From NCBI GenBank assembly GCA_951406725.2, contig OX597814.1:175770001-175834000 (forward strand): a stretch of DNA of 64,000 bases, given 5' to 3'. The translations under genes were made by a program, and so were the position numbers. Source of the DNA: Octopus vulgaris. Lineage: Eukaryota. Shown piece after piece: positions 15,157-29,635 of the stretch (positions within the stretch are counted from its first letter, which is position 1; each line of letters begins with the position of its first letter). The notes under the pieces were generated by a model. That model made no database searches, was not told where the DNA came from, and saw only the letters and a program-made list of their open reading frames with translations.

Positions 15157-15457
15157 AGATAGTAGTATTAAACCGGCCTGTGGATTTGCTTTCAGCCTAC
15201 CATCCAAGTAAGCCTCGCAGGATTTGAACTCAGTACAAAAAGCTCTGTCCAGCACAAACACTGTTCATATCAAGAAAATATCACCTAACCACACCCCTGA
15301 ACGACACTCAACTAGAGCTATCCCATTTGTTCCATATGCTAGGCCCCGCTATCACGAGAATCTCTCCTGCCAAAAATTACGTCCTTAACTAGGACATCCC
15401 AAAGACTGACCCATCCCTTCAAAGCCGGAAAATATTTCAACCCCAAAAGCAGTTGAT

Positions 15458-15545
15458 AAGTGAGGATCACAAATAAGACTCAAGTGAGGACCACAAATAA
15501 GGCTCAAGTGAGGACCACAAATAAGGCTCAAGTGAGGACCACAAT
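15458..15545. repeat. 24-bp minisatellite (AAGTGAGGACCACAAATAAGGCTC) x~3.6
   Basis: Direct reading. Confidence 0.9.
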
Positions 15546-16437
15546 AAAATACTGAGTCTATATCCGGAACGGGGCCATATAACGCTTGTAAACAACCTGG
15601 GCCGTATCCAGTTTATGACCAATCGACTAACTGGTATTCAATGATTTATTTACACGTTCCAACCCACAGGCATGCTGTCCCTTCTCAATGTTCTTTCCAA
15701 CGTTACTCTAATGACTGTACCTTTATTTCAAAGGGACAGACTTGTCAGATTCTGTGTCATGCTGAATGTTCCTACGTTAAGGGTTCGCGTGGAATGCTTA
15801 GTCACTTGCACATTAATTTCACGAGTAGGCTGTTCCATTGTTCGGATCAGTTGGAACACTCGTTGTCGTAACCGACGGAGTGTCAGTGTATAATGACTTC
15901 TGTTTCTCAAAGCTGGCTGTTCTCTTGCTCACACATCTCAGAAAAATCGTCGTCCCTGTAGGTATTGACCTGCAACAGTTTAAACGGAACATTAATGACA
16001 TCAATCTTACCAAGCCTCAGAGGGCTTCACAACTCATGGGTATTGCCGCTTCCTTAAGACACAACAGGTAATATAACTAAAATATATGTATAATGACGCT
16101 CTAATGATCCTGTAAATTCGTCAGCTACACTGAGTATAAATTTGACGCCGAACACTTAATAGACAAATGGATTTCATTTTCCTCTTTAATCTTAAAGAGA
16201 TTTACTGTACGAAAATGAAACCATGCAATTTACACGGTGTCTGAAGATTGGTATTTACAGTTACAATATCTAGGGTGAGATCGACTGAACTATGCCATGA
16301 GGAAACATCAATAATATCGTTATAGTTTGATATATCTTATTTAAATAGCTGCTCTGCATATTGATTTTTTTTACCACAAATTTAATATCTTAAATATGAT
16401 TACATACCTAATTTGGGTAAGAAAGGGAACCCAATCA

Positions 16438-16470
<33 letters not shown>

Positions 16471-16493
16471 TATATAAGTACAACATTCAGTAT

Positions 16494-16561
<68 letters not shown>

Positions 16562-16563
16562 CG

Positions 16564-16635
<72 letters not shown>

Positions 16636-16637
16636 CA

Positions 16638-16690
<53 letters not shown>

Positions 16691-16763
16691 TCTTTCCTCC
16701 ATAAGATTCGAGGCATATGACTCAAGGTTTCAGAGTTTCTTGCTTCAACACCATAACAAACAT

Positions 16764-16801
<38 letters not shown>

Positions 16802-16848
16802 ATATATGTGTGTACCGGTGTACGTACACTTTGGTCTCTTATAGATAA

Positions 16849-16899
<51 letters not shown>

Positions 16900-16903
<4 letters not shown>

Positions 16904-17614
16904 TAAATTTTGTATGACTCTATTATTCTTTCTATTCTTTCATTCTTTCCTTCACACTTCGTTCATTCCACCATTCGTTCTTTCGATCCTCCTCTCTCAC
17001 ATTTCCTGGCCTTCTCTTCATGCTCACTTTCCCTCCTCTTTCACTTCACCGTGTCTCTTTTATTTTTTTCGCTCCTCCTTAATTCTTCTATCCCTCTGCC
17101 TTTACTTCTCTCTCTCTCTCTTCTCTCCTCACGTGTTCGGTATTCGGCCAGGCCTAATCTTTCTTTCTTGTTTCGACTACCATCCGTGCAACATTTATAT
17201 TTCTCCCTGTGCTTGTTAAATCGTACGACTCTGCCGTAAGGCTTTACTTGCACACACGCCAGCTTAATTTAATTCGCCCTTAGTCGAAAGACACCTGTTG
17301 TTATGGCCTGTTAATTGCATTTGTATTTGTGTAACATCTCTCTGTTTTTTCCGTCCTTGTTTTCGTATACATTCGCTGCTTTCTTCCAAGGAATCTAATG
17401 CTCTTAGCTTAATTATTCATTGGGGCTGGCCAGATTGGAGCAATTTCGTGTATAACCAACCGAAATTGCAAAGATAATATGGAACTCGACTGAGGATAGA
17501 AAACTCCGAATGACCCGTCCTTGTTTTCTTTGTATCGTCTGTTTTGATGTTTTGTTGTCCCTTTCTTGTATCACCAAACTGTCTGGATGTTTTGCATTCT
17601 TGTCCCATTTTTGG
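16900..17614 (+). mobile_element. Family X TA-flanked repeat
   Basis: Shares GGAATCTAATGCTCTTAGCTTA and CTGAGGA..CGAATGACCCGTCC blocks with 13384 and 57448 copies. Confidence 0.6.
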
Positions 17615-17902
<288 letters not shown>

Positions 17903-18679
17903 ATATACATATTTACAGGGGATGAACATATATTTATATATGTATATATATTCTATATATATATGTGCGTGTGTGTGTCTGTGTGTGTGTAAGTTATTAA
18001 TTCCTCACATGTCTATTATCCTTCAAAAGTGTCTTCGTTATGAACTTTATCAAATTACGTTTAGCAGCACGCACAATGTTTATTATGGCATCCCAAACTA
18101 GTGGGACGAGGTCCCGAATGTCGACAACAGAATTTGTAATGTATTCACAAGTGTCAGGTAGTTTTGCTAATCATGGTAACGGATTAAGCCTAGTAACTGA
18201 TATAAGTTCGACAATGAGAAAATAATTGCTCTACTAATCCCAAAACAATAGCAATCGATCTATTAAATTTAGTAGTCAAATCTGACTCTTATCGAATCCT
18301 ACTACTTCAAAAGGAGATTGTACATAAAATAATGTAGTCTGAGGTACACTATGTCGGAACAGATTGAACAGGTTTCGAATAGCTAACAAATTAGCTTGGC
18401 TCGATTTAGATTAAATAAGTTTATTATCTCATCTCATCTTGGTCTCCCATAGGACGCTCCAAGGAGTTTCGGTCGCGCATACTATAGGGGTCACAGGGTG
18501 CTGCTCCATATGGTCACGCACTTTCCATCTAACTAGGAATATTAAGGTCTCATCCATTGTCTTGTATTCAAGATCCTCTGCATGATATCCTTCTAGTTCA
18601 AAGCTAGGAATCTGATCTGTTAGGTCCTGTTGATAACTAAATCCACGCCCTGCTGCCGACGCTTTGATTTATTGTCGTT

Positions 18680-18806
18680 AAGGTTTTGCCTGTCTCCTAA
18701 CCTTAGACCTGCCTGGCCTGGTAATATCTGCCTGGGGATTTCTCTCCCTCCAGCATAGCTCTCCCGGGTCAATGGAGCACACAGGCACTTCATCGCAACC
18801 ACGGTA
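18680..18806 (-). mobile_element. RTE-clade LINE 5' UTR-like fragment
   Basis: Minus strand CCGTGGT..GTGCTCCATTGACCCGGGAGAGCTATGCTGG..CCAGGCCAGGCAGGTC resembles RTE 5' ends. Confidence 0.45.
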
Positions 18807-20979
18807 CTTGTTGAATTGGCCGTTGACTACACAGTAGTTCTTCCGTTATTTGACGGGTTTTATTTTTCGTCTCGCAGGGTGTCCAACAAACATCTCACCA
18901 AGTAAGCTTGATGGGTTTGCCAGTTTAGTCGCCGACAACCCGACCATGCGACAAGTTGTACTGGGTTACATGTTACTAATAGCGCTCAAGAGCGGTTCAT
19001 TAAAAGAATGAATGAAGCCCTGTTTAGGTCATCGACTTACTATATTTATAACTAAGCTTCCAAATCAGTTTTGGATATTTAGGAAAAAAAGGTTATTATA
19101 TTTTTAATAAAAGGCAATTTCCATAATTAAAATTAATGGAAACAAAAGAAAATAATCAAAGCGGTTAATGGCATGAATTTGGACAAATAAGTGAAGAGGG
19201 TATTGAATATAAGAAATTTATAATTTTTCAAATTTCTTTCTGAAATAGAGAAGAAAACAAAAGCCAAGAGACGATCGTTCAAAACAAGACACACGAAAAA
19301 TTGTGATAAAGAATAAATTCTTCGTTGGATTAACATGTTTTGGGGAAAATGCGGTATGCTTTTGTCCTGCGGTTAGAGGTTAATATGAACATATTGTTTT
19401 GGTTTTAATTCTACATCGTTAGTATAATTTAATTCAACTTTGCCGACAGATAATGCTTAGAGCAATGGCTTTCAATCTTTTGTAGCTCAGCCCTTCCTTT
19501 CATCGAATGGTGATTTACGTACTGTTTGCCGAAACAAATTACAACAGATTATTTTGATAAGAAAGAAACTAATTTTGTGCAATGGTTTATTATCTTGTTT
19601 TCTTACACTTTTCTATCAAGTATGTGTTTTCGTTTTAGATAATTGCACAGAATCGTGTCTCCATTGGTAACTTTTTAGAGAAAATGCTGAAAAAGCTGGA
19701 GGTTTATATAGTGAAATATTATACTGGATCTTAGAGTAACATCAGTCATGTTCCTATTTGTTGATAACACATGCTAATGCTGAAAAAATGCTTTTGAAAA
19801 TGTACTCACAATACTAGAATTTTTCTTGGTTTAAAATATTTTATTCACAGCAGCATATAACACTCATTTCTCTCTTATTTCACCCTTGACATTTGCCGAT
19901 TCTTTTATAAGTTAACAACACCTTTATCGAAGAGGTGATATTGCCCAGGTTAAGAGTCACTGTATTAAAATGCTCTGTTTTCTAAACTTGCTAATCTAAC
20001 TTGCTAAGAGTTTTCCACTCGTGACTGAGGAAGCCCATGACTGACCCATGCAAAATGCCAGCAATGCCCATGTATAAGGTTATTGTTCCTACGGTCAACT
20101 TCACCCGGAGTAATGTTTACCGCTTCCATTCTCACCGCCGCATCCTCCTACTCGACCGGGCATCGCAAAGTTACTTCGCCAGCAATGGCACAGCCTAAAA
20201 TTTTAGGTCTAATAAGGCTTGCGCAGTACCTCACAGACCCTCTCCACCTTACGGACATGATTCAAAGCCAAACCAGAGCAAGATGTTCAGTACCAATATG
20301 AGTCGCAGGCTCAGGAATGTGGGAACGTCATTATCTCGAGTGCAAGCAAAATATCCTCAAAATATTCAATACCCTTCCCTGCATATCTGGCTATATATCA
20401 GACCGACCTTCTCTTAGGGACATATAGTAAAAAAAGCTGAGGAGAGTGCCTCACACTCAGTGATCTTCCAGCACTCCGGACACCAACCTGGAATTTCTGA
20501 AGGCCCATGCTACTGCTAGATAGTCGTTGAGCCTTGGTTCAAGCAACGCTACACACCAAGCAAGCGTAGTAGGGGATGCCAGTTTAATCGCCGGCGACCC
20601 GACCATGCATCAGGTTGTACTGGATTTCATATTTCCAGTAGCACTAATGAAAGCAACTACAAGTGACCTGACATAATATATTGACTTGACACAGATTTAC
20701 AATATATAATTTTGATGAACCATCACTTTAGACCCTGCTATAAGAATACTTGGAGTTCATAAACTGATCTAAGTAAAATTGTTAGCCTGGTGTGTCAACA
20801 GAGAGCTTATGAAGTATTTTGCCCTGATTAATAATCCCTACCTATCAGCTATACATATATATGTATATATATATATACATATATATACATATATATGTGT
20901 GTGTGTGTATATATATATATACATACATGTGTATATATATAGAGGGAGTAAAAACCAAGGAGACTAGTGGTAGTAGTAT

Positions 20980-21209
20980 GGCGGCGAGCTGGCAGAAACG
21001 ATAGCACGCCGGGCGAAATGCTTAGCGGTATTTCGTCTGCGTTACGTTGTGAGTTCAAATTCCGCCGAGGTCGACTTTGCCTTTCATCCTTTCGGGGTCG
21101 ATAAATTAAGTACCAGTTACGCACTGGGGTCGATGTAATCGACTTAATATCTATGTCTGTCCTTGTTTGTCCTCTCTGTGTTTAGCCCCTTGTGGGTGAT
21201 AAAGAAATA
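20980..21209 (+). mobile_element. Full-length family A SINE
   Basis: Complete head to AAAGAAATA end; GGTAGTAGT duplicated at 20969 and 21210. Confidence 0.9.
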
Positions 21210-21456
21210 GGTAGTAGTCCGCGTCGGTAAAGTTTGTGTAGAACAAATATAGAAGTGTAGCAACTGAAGTAAAATTACTTTAGTTTATTTACCCCTGTGT
21301 TGAGAAGTTCCCCTAACATTCGCACACATTATTTAATAAGTTTAGTTTAATGCTGGTACATAGGCACATAAATATATACATACGTATATAAGCATACACA
21401 TACTATACACATATAAATATATATATATACATATATACATATAAATATATACATAT

Positions 21457-21493
<37 letters not shown>

Positions 21494-22479
21494 CACACGC
21501 ATACACTTACGTGCAAACATATACATGGAGGGTGTATATGTGTAACAACTTTTATAGTAGTACATCGTTTATTTCATATATATCAACCTACATAGTTTTC
21601 TCAGCGGTGCAGTCACTGAAATAATGTCACGTAGCACGTTTTCACAACATCTGCACCTGTTGGAAAATGATAGACGTACAAGCAGACGGTAAAAACTGAA
21701 GAAGCAGACGATATCATTTCGAAACAAAAAGCAACTAATAATTTCAACAAAAATGTATGTAATAAAAACATAACAACGAAACACTCTGGCATACACTCAC
21801 ACACACACAAAGACGTATATTCAGGTACATACATTCACATACAAATACACGTACGTGCACATACGCACACGCAGATGCAGACATACACGCTTACACACAC
21901 AACTTATAAGATAAATCTCTTCAGATTCACGTAAAACATGTCTTCTGACATCCTCCACATGAACTCTTATCTTAAACAATTAACCTGAAAATGTCCTGAA
22001 GTGTAATAGACAATGGGTTAATTTTGAATGCAGACGTCAGTGATTACGTATATTACTTACAAAAATGGCATATCACAGGTAATTCCTATTGTTTTATTTG
22101 TTTGTTTAGTATATTTTGAATAGAAGTTACATAATGTTTTTCTTTTATTAGATATAATCAAGTATCATTTATCTCTTTATTCTCCATGGTTTGAAAAATA
22201 CATGAAGAGTTTCCTTTATTATCATAAGAATTACGTACATCACGGAAAACATTCGTAAAAGTACTGTGGTAAAAAGATTCTCAGAATCGGTGGAGCATCG
22301 GACAAATTACTTTGTGGTGTTTACTTACGTCCTCTTATATTCTGAGTTCAAATACTGCCAAAGTCAACTTTACATTTCTTGCTTTCAGGATTGATACAAA
22401 CTTGTCATACCTTGGGGTCGATGTAATCGACTAATCCCCTTCTCGTGCCAAATTTTCAAACAATTATTATTATTATTAT

Positions 22480-22939
22480 GTTTCTTCCTTCTTTGTTCAA
22501 ATTTTCTTCCGTTTCTCGCCGAGTGTTTTCCATACACCTAGGGCAGAGAAGCTTATTGTACGCATTCCCAGATTACACGTGCAAATTCACAGATAAAATA
22601 TATATTTAAAAATTAATAAATAAATAAATTCATGGATGGATGTTGTTTTCACAGCGATAATGCTCTTTTCAGTACATGAGCCGTTCCAGTTAATACGATT
22701 TTTTGCACTTCCTGTAGGGATGGTAAGCCTGGAATCATTTTCAAATAGGTTTCAGTACTTTTTTTTATCATTCCTAGAGATCCTACAATCACTGGTACTG
22801 TAGTTGCCTTGAGATGCCGCATTTTTTGAATTTCTATTAGCAAGTCTTTATATTTACTAATCTTGTCAAATTCTTTCGCCGCTATATTGTGATCGCAAGG
22901 AATACTCATATCAATTAATAAACACATCTTTTTTGTCTG

Positions 22940-22940
<1 letters not shown>
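22480..22940 (-). mobile_element. 5'-truncated Dong/R4-clade non-LTR retrotransposon in (TAA)n microsatellite
   Basis: ORF 22649-22927 CLLIDMSIP.D.N...KE..K..KY.DL..EI.......VPVIVG.LG is the restriction-like endonuclease C-terminus; both flanks are (TAA)n. Confidence 0.85.
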
Positions 22941-23000
<60 letters not shown>

Positions 23001-23229
23001 AAGATTCTGCCAGCTGTAAGCTGGCATTTTGTCCGTCTTTACGTTCTAAGTTGAAAATCCGCCGCTGTTGACTTTGCCTTTTATCTTTTCAGGGTCGATA
23101 AATTAAGTATCAGTGAAACGCTGGGGTCGATGTAATCGACTAGCCCCTCCTATAGGCCTTGTACCTATAGTAGAAAGGATTATTATTATTATCATTATTA
23201 TTATTATTGTTATTATTATTATTATTATT

Positions 23230-23855
23230 GAGTGAGAGCGCAGTGCATACCACCAAAGTGACACTAGGGTAAAATATACGAAGCCCAGTATACCCATCAT
23301 GACTACCCGTCTGATAAGGGTACACTAGGCACATGCATTACAACCATATGTGCGCAACATGGTGATCTCATATCAAGATAAACAGCACATGACTTTGCAG
23401 GTAGGGCCCAGTTAGAATTTTCTTCTGGTCGAGTAACCCTTCCTACTCAATAGATCCCTGAATAAGGGTTGTTTAAGGATGTTGTACGAAACACCCGTGT
23501 TTTCAGAGGTGACTTATTCAAACTCCAAAGAATCCCTCTCAACACATGGCTATGATGCTCTCCCACTACTTCTGCTCGTGATCAGAGATGCACTTATCGT
23601 CAGTCACTAAGGGACATGCTGAACTGGTTAAGGTCAAACAACTGACAAGCAAATCTGTGGTATTGAGTAGAATATTTGCTGTAGCCCATCTTTTATACCA
23701 AGAAAAAACAATGTACATGATAACACTTCCAATCAGATAAGATCAGAAGCCATGAAAGCCAAAGCCTGGTACTGCATCAGGGCAGGTACTGCATCAGGGC
23801 AGATACTGCATCAGGGCATGGTACTGCATCAGGGCAAAGGTGCTGCATCAGGGCA
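23230..23855 (-). mobile_element. (TAA)n-flanked interspersed repeat with 5 tandem copies of a ~17-bp terminal unit (GGTACTGCATCAGGGCA)
   Basis: Partial second copy at ~40615-40790; strand inferred. Confidence 0.6.
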
Positions 23856-23873
23856 TTATTATCATCATCATCA

Positions 23874-23963
<90 letters not shown>

Positions 23964-24585
23964 GACGACAGAGGACAATGATTGTCATTCATACTATTGC
24001 AAACCATGTTCTGGTAGTATTCACTATCCATGTGACTTCCTGTTTTTTTTTTCTCCTGCATGTAGCAAGGTAGCAACATTCGTTCCAATTCTTTAACTTC
24101 TCTTCAGAGAAGAGGTAACTGAAACCCAAACTAGAAAGCTTATGTGAAAAATAAAAATGAATTTAGAAGTTGTCTATGATGTACATATGAAAGGGTTCTT
24201 TCCACAATCTTCAAACACGTCACGTATATATCGCATCAGTATAGCTTCTTGGATGATTATAACTATGACATTAGTAGCGTAAGTTGAAGTTAATTTCTTG
24301 TAATTATTGACATACGAAATAAAACGGAATGAAATACATGGACGAATAGAGAGAACTACTGTTTTGATTACCAATCTGAACCTAATCAAGCAAAATTTAA
24401 GTATGTTATCTCATCGGATAAATCGCCTTTCACGCAGGATGAAACCGGCATCTAGCATGTAATAGAGTTATGCTGCCCCATAGCCAGGTACCATCTCAAA
24501 ACGACATTCTTAAGTTTCTCAAAGTTAATAATAACAATGAAAAACTTCGTACATTCGGTTCTTGTTTCACAATGTGGTTTCCTAC

Positions 24586-24724
24586 CTTTGATTGATATAT
24601 TGTTGTATAGTCATACGACACGTCACCTCCTTTGGATTTTCTCTCCTTCTGGTGGCAAGATATCATTAATGCTTCTTTTTTCTCAGTAGAAGTAAATTTA
24701 GTTAAAAATTCAATACAAAGCATT
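24586..24724 (-). other. Candidate spliced exon (139 nt)
   Basis: Acceptor TTAATTTTCACAG|, donor AAG|GTAGGA; open frame MLCIE...YQSK; no recognisable homology. Confidence 0.3.
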
Positions 24725-26303
24725 CTGTGAAAATTAAATTTATATATTTTGTGTGTGTGTTGTTTTACTCTCTTTAATTATATCATTTTTGCATATTTAA
24801 TTCATATCTCTTGGGTTGATTTTGGCTTTCATTCTGAAATAGATAAAACTTTGTTGCCAGATATCAAAATGAGCTGGAGAATAGCAGAATAGGTAGAGTG
24901 GGGGACAAAATTCTTTATGTTGTTTGCATTCTGAGTTTAAATCTGCCTGGGGAGTTTAAACCTGACTGAAGTTGACTGACCCTGTCAGAGTCGATATAAT
25001 CAGTAATAGTCTCGAGTGTTGCGGTCGATTTCATTAACTATACACAATTTATGAGGGCAGATCAAAGTCAACATTTGCAGAACTGAATCATTGGTTTATC
25101 ATTCTCTGCCTTCGTAAAAAGGTTCACTGTATACATTCTACATTGACATCAGGTTGGGATATATGTGACGACTTGCTTGAGAAGGAACTCTAATTTGAAA
25201 CACTTGGGAAACCAAACACAAAGTGAGCTTTCCTGCATATTCTGCCTATATAACCAAAAGATGGGGAATATTCAAATTTCCATATGTTCTTGCATTTTTG
25301 GTGGACAAAACTCTAAGTTTTTCTGCCCGCAAAAGTTGCATTATATTGTTACTACGTAGTTCCAGGTCAGCTGTGGTTGAGCACACCTAGCCATGACCAC
25401 GTTATTTTTTAACTCCAAAGCATACTGTATCTCTTACTACATCAGCTAATTTAAGCCATTTCTTTAAAGACAGAAGTATGTGAGATCATTAGTATCATTA
25501 CATAGCAGAATCAGCAGAATGTCGGACAAAATAACATGGATTTTCTTCTCGAGATTTCTTGCTCTGAGTTCAAAACCTCACCGACGATAACATCATTCAC
25601 CTATAAGCTTCGGTAAAACAAATTTTATTCAAATAATTGGATCGATTTAATCAACTGTTCTTCTCCCATAAAAAAAAAATTATTAATGGCTTCATACCTA
25701 AGTTTCAAACCTATACAATTATTATTACAAATAGCATAATCGTTATTGTAATCTCTGTCGTTCTTACTATTGCATAAGCGAAACAACTAAAACAAAAACA
25801 TTATGGCCATTAAAAAACTAAGTAGTGTGCGTAGTGGGGGCAATTTAACCAACCATATGTGTCCACTTTAGATTTATAGCCTTATACCAATGTTTCAGAT
25901 TGTTTCGTTATTAACATATTTTTCGTAACGATAGTGTAATTTATTTTAGACGTTTGTATTGGTGAAGCGTGGATAGCTTTATTGATATCGTTACATTGCA
26001 GCAATGTTGTTCTCTACGTCTACGTCTACATCTGCAATGGAATAACACGGTTTTATTGTTATTTCCCTGTATTTCTCTATCACATTTCTACTTTTAAAAT
26101 TGTTAAATGTACCTAACACCAAAATTGAATTAAATATATTGTAACAGAGAAAAAAAAACTACATAATTTCTACTATTGTATGTTAGTTGCGTGGTATGTC
26201 GCCTGCTGTTTCAGTTGGCTGTGTGATACAATATATCAATCTTTATCCTTTCTATGTCAATAAAAGCATTCATCTCCTTTCCCTCTCTCCCCCTCTCTCT
26301 CTG

Positions 26304-26341
<38 letters not shown>

Positions 26342-26545
26342 AATATGAAACATATATGTAGATACATATGTATACGATAGATAGATTCATAGATTGATAG
26401 CTAGCTAGACAGATAGATACGTGCGTAGGCAGGTAGACAGACAGACAGGTAGGTAGGTAGGTATATAGATAGACAAACAAACAGAAATAATATGTGATAC
26501 TTAAATCTATATAGCACATTAAAATAGGATTTCGTTATTGAAATC

Positions 26546-27852
26546 CTATTTCTTTATTGCCCATAGAGAGGACAAACAGGGACAGACAAAAGAATTAAGT
26601 CGATTACACCGACCCCAGTGTGTAACTGGTTCTTAATTTATCGATCTCGAAAGGATGAAAGGCAAAGTCGACCTCGGCGGAATTTGAACTCAGAACGTAG
26701 CGGCAGACGAAATACCTATTTCTTTACTACCCACAAGGGGCTAAACACAGAGGGAACAAACAAGGACAGACAAACGGATTAAGTCGAATACATGACCCCA
26801 GTCCGTAACTGGTACTTATTTAATCGATCCCGAAAGGATGAAAGGCAAAGTCGACCACGGCGGAATGTGAACTCAGAACGTAGCGGCAGACGAAATACCT
26901 ATTTCTTTACTACCCACAAAGGGCTAAACACAGAGGGGGAAAACAAGGACAGACGAACGGATTAAGTCGATTACATGACCCCAGTGCGTAACTGGTACTT
27001 ATTTAATCGACTCCGAAAGGATGAAAAGCAAAGTCGACCTCGGCGGAATTTGAACTCAGAACGTAGCGGCAGACGAAATACCTATTTCTTTACTACCCAC
27101 AAAGGGCTAAACACAGAGGGAACAAACAAGGACAGACAAACGGATTAAGTCGAATACATGACCCCAGTCCGTAACTGGTACTTATTTAATCGATCCCGAA
27201 AGGATGAAAGGCAAAGTCGACCTCGGCGGAATTTGAACTCAGAACGTAGCGGCAGACGAAATACCTATTTCTTTACTACCCACAAAGGTCTAAACACAGA
27301 GGGGGAAAACAAGGACAGACAAACGGATTAAGTCGATTACATGACCCCAGTGCGTAACTGGTACTTATTTAATCGACTCCGAAAGGATGAAAAGCAAAGT
27401 CGACCTCGGCGGAATTTGAACTCAGAACGTAGCGGCAGACGAAATACCTATTTCTTTACTACCCACAAAGGGCTAAACACAGAGGGGGAAAACAAGGACA
27501 GACAAACGGATTAAGTCGATTACATGACCCCAGTGCGTAACTGGTACTTATTTAATCGACTCCGAAAGGATGAAAAGCAAAGTCGACCTCGGCGGAATTT
27601 GAACTCAGAACGTAGCGGCAGACGAAATACCTATTTCTCTACTACCCACAAAGGGCTAAACACAGAGGGGAAAAACAAGGACAGACAAACGGATTAAGTC
27701 GATTACATGACCCCAATGCGTAACTGGTACTTAATTAATCGACTCCGAAAGGATGAAAAGCAAAGTCGACCTCGGCGGAATTTGAACTCAGAACGTAGCG
27801 GCAGACGAAATACGGCTACGCATTTCGCCCGGCGTGCCAACGTTTCTGCCAG
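26546..27852 (-). repeat. Tandem array of family A SINE, 183-bp period, ~7 units
   Basis: CGGCAGACGAAATAC recurs at 26701, 26884, 27067, 27250, 27433, 27616, 27799. Confidence 0.95.
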
Positions 27853-28280
27853 ACCAGTCACAAATAATCGTGGCTCGATTCATGCGCATTTCTAACGTGT
27901 TCGTTTCTGTCATCATTAGTGGGTGATTACAAACCGGCAGTCAAACAGAATATAATTCCAAATATACAATATGGTGGGCGAACCAGAAAATTATAAGAAG
28001 CATTAGAGGATCTTTTATTTTATCTTAGATAATGGAAATATTTGAAGTGAGATTGTTACTTTGGCTTTTCAGTATATTACCATTTGAAAACATTGCGCAT
28101 CAGGCCAGATCCAAGCATTGTATTTTTAATGTGTATCAATTGCCTCTTTGTTTGTTTTCTTTTGCATTTCATTGAATTCTTTATAAATTATTTAAACATG
28201 AAATATTCTTTGTTTCGATGAGTTATTTGTCACACACACAAACACAAATACATACACATACACACACAAACACACACACA

Positions 28281-28311
<31 letters not shown>

Positions 28312-29635
28312 AATATATAAAGTCGAATTTAAAGTTAAATTAAGGTTTAGAAAGCAAGCGTTAAACGCAGTATCCAAACCTTTCAGAATAAGACCCAGGT
28401 AGTGTGCCTTCGGAGCACATTCACCACTTATGGCCACCAGGCGTCATCAGTATTCATCGTCATTTGCATTCATCGTTGGATCTACGTCCAGAAATCCCAG
28501 GGTGCACGTAGGGTATATCATAAAGACTAGCACTATGACCCGGCGTTGCTAGTTTTGTGCTAAATCCCTTTCTTTGTTTTCGAAAATTATGTTCACCTTT
28601 CCAACCCATATGCTTTTTAACGCGTTTAGCCGAGCCTCTGCAGATTCTGAGCCCACCCAAAGGTGAAGCTGCACTGAGTAATTAATCATCGCAAATTTGG
28701 CGGTTTTGTTGAAGATGAAGAGGGAGCATGTTAGAAAATCGATAAAGGCCACCATGAAAGCGAACCTTCACCAACAAAAATGAAATGAATAATCAGGGCT
28801 GACAAAGTTTCCAAATTTCCTAGCGAGCGGGAAAATGTGACTGGAAATTAATTAGCATCTCAATTTTCACTCGTATCTCAAAACACAAAAGCATGAAATT
28901 TCGCTTAAAAAAATTTTTGTATCTTAGGTCATTTGTACCTCAAGTTAGGGCTAAAAGAAAAGGTTGCCGTCAATTTAAATGCGGAAACCCGCAAGGAATA
29001 GTTTTATTGAGTTTCCACTGATTGCTTATAGGCCGGCCATAAGCAAGTAAGAAATGTTTATAAGATGTTTCTTACTTCCTATTCTTGAACATCCAACGTA
29101 AAGCTGAACATGGGTAAAACAAGGCTCTTCAAGGTGTAAACTAGCAATTGTAAATGTTTTCCCTTGCGATTTGTAAATGGTCATGGCAAAACTAAGACTA
29201 GCTGGAAACTAAAGTCGTTTGAATTGAAATGCAACGTCTTCACCTGAGTCTATGCAACAGAGGCTCTTATGCATTTATCATCTAATCGATACATCTTATG
29301 CTGGGAGAGAGACAGATACAAAGAGGGGATCTTTTTTATTATTACTGTCCAGATTTTGAAATTTTAAAATGAAGTGAAATTTTTAAAATTCGGTATATTG
29401 ATGTGATTTTTCACGCTGAAACCAATTTTGTGATTCATTTTCTTCCAGAAAAATCTCAGAAAAATGTTACAGATTGTTTAAAGTTTGATCATTTTTACCC
29501 AATCATAAAACAGGATTTGGAAGCTAGCACGTTCTGCGTGATAGCTGTACATCAGAAAATGAAAGCAATTACATGTCATATCGAGAGAGAGAGAGAGTGG
29601 GAGCGAGAGGGAGAGAGAGAGCGGGGAGCATCATG

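Noticed and set aside
15458-15545. Short direct repeats as CRISPR/iterons
   Set aside because: Contiguous 24-bp minisatellite without spacers
21583-21755. Possible plus-strand exon ending in GTATGT
   Set aside because: Stops in the frames examined and weak acceptor; insufficient support
26546-27852. CRISPR-like regular array
   Set aside because: Whole 183-bp units repeat with no unique spacers; eukaryotic SINE sequence; no cas genes
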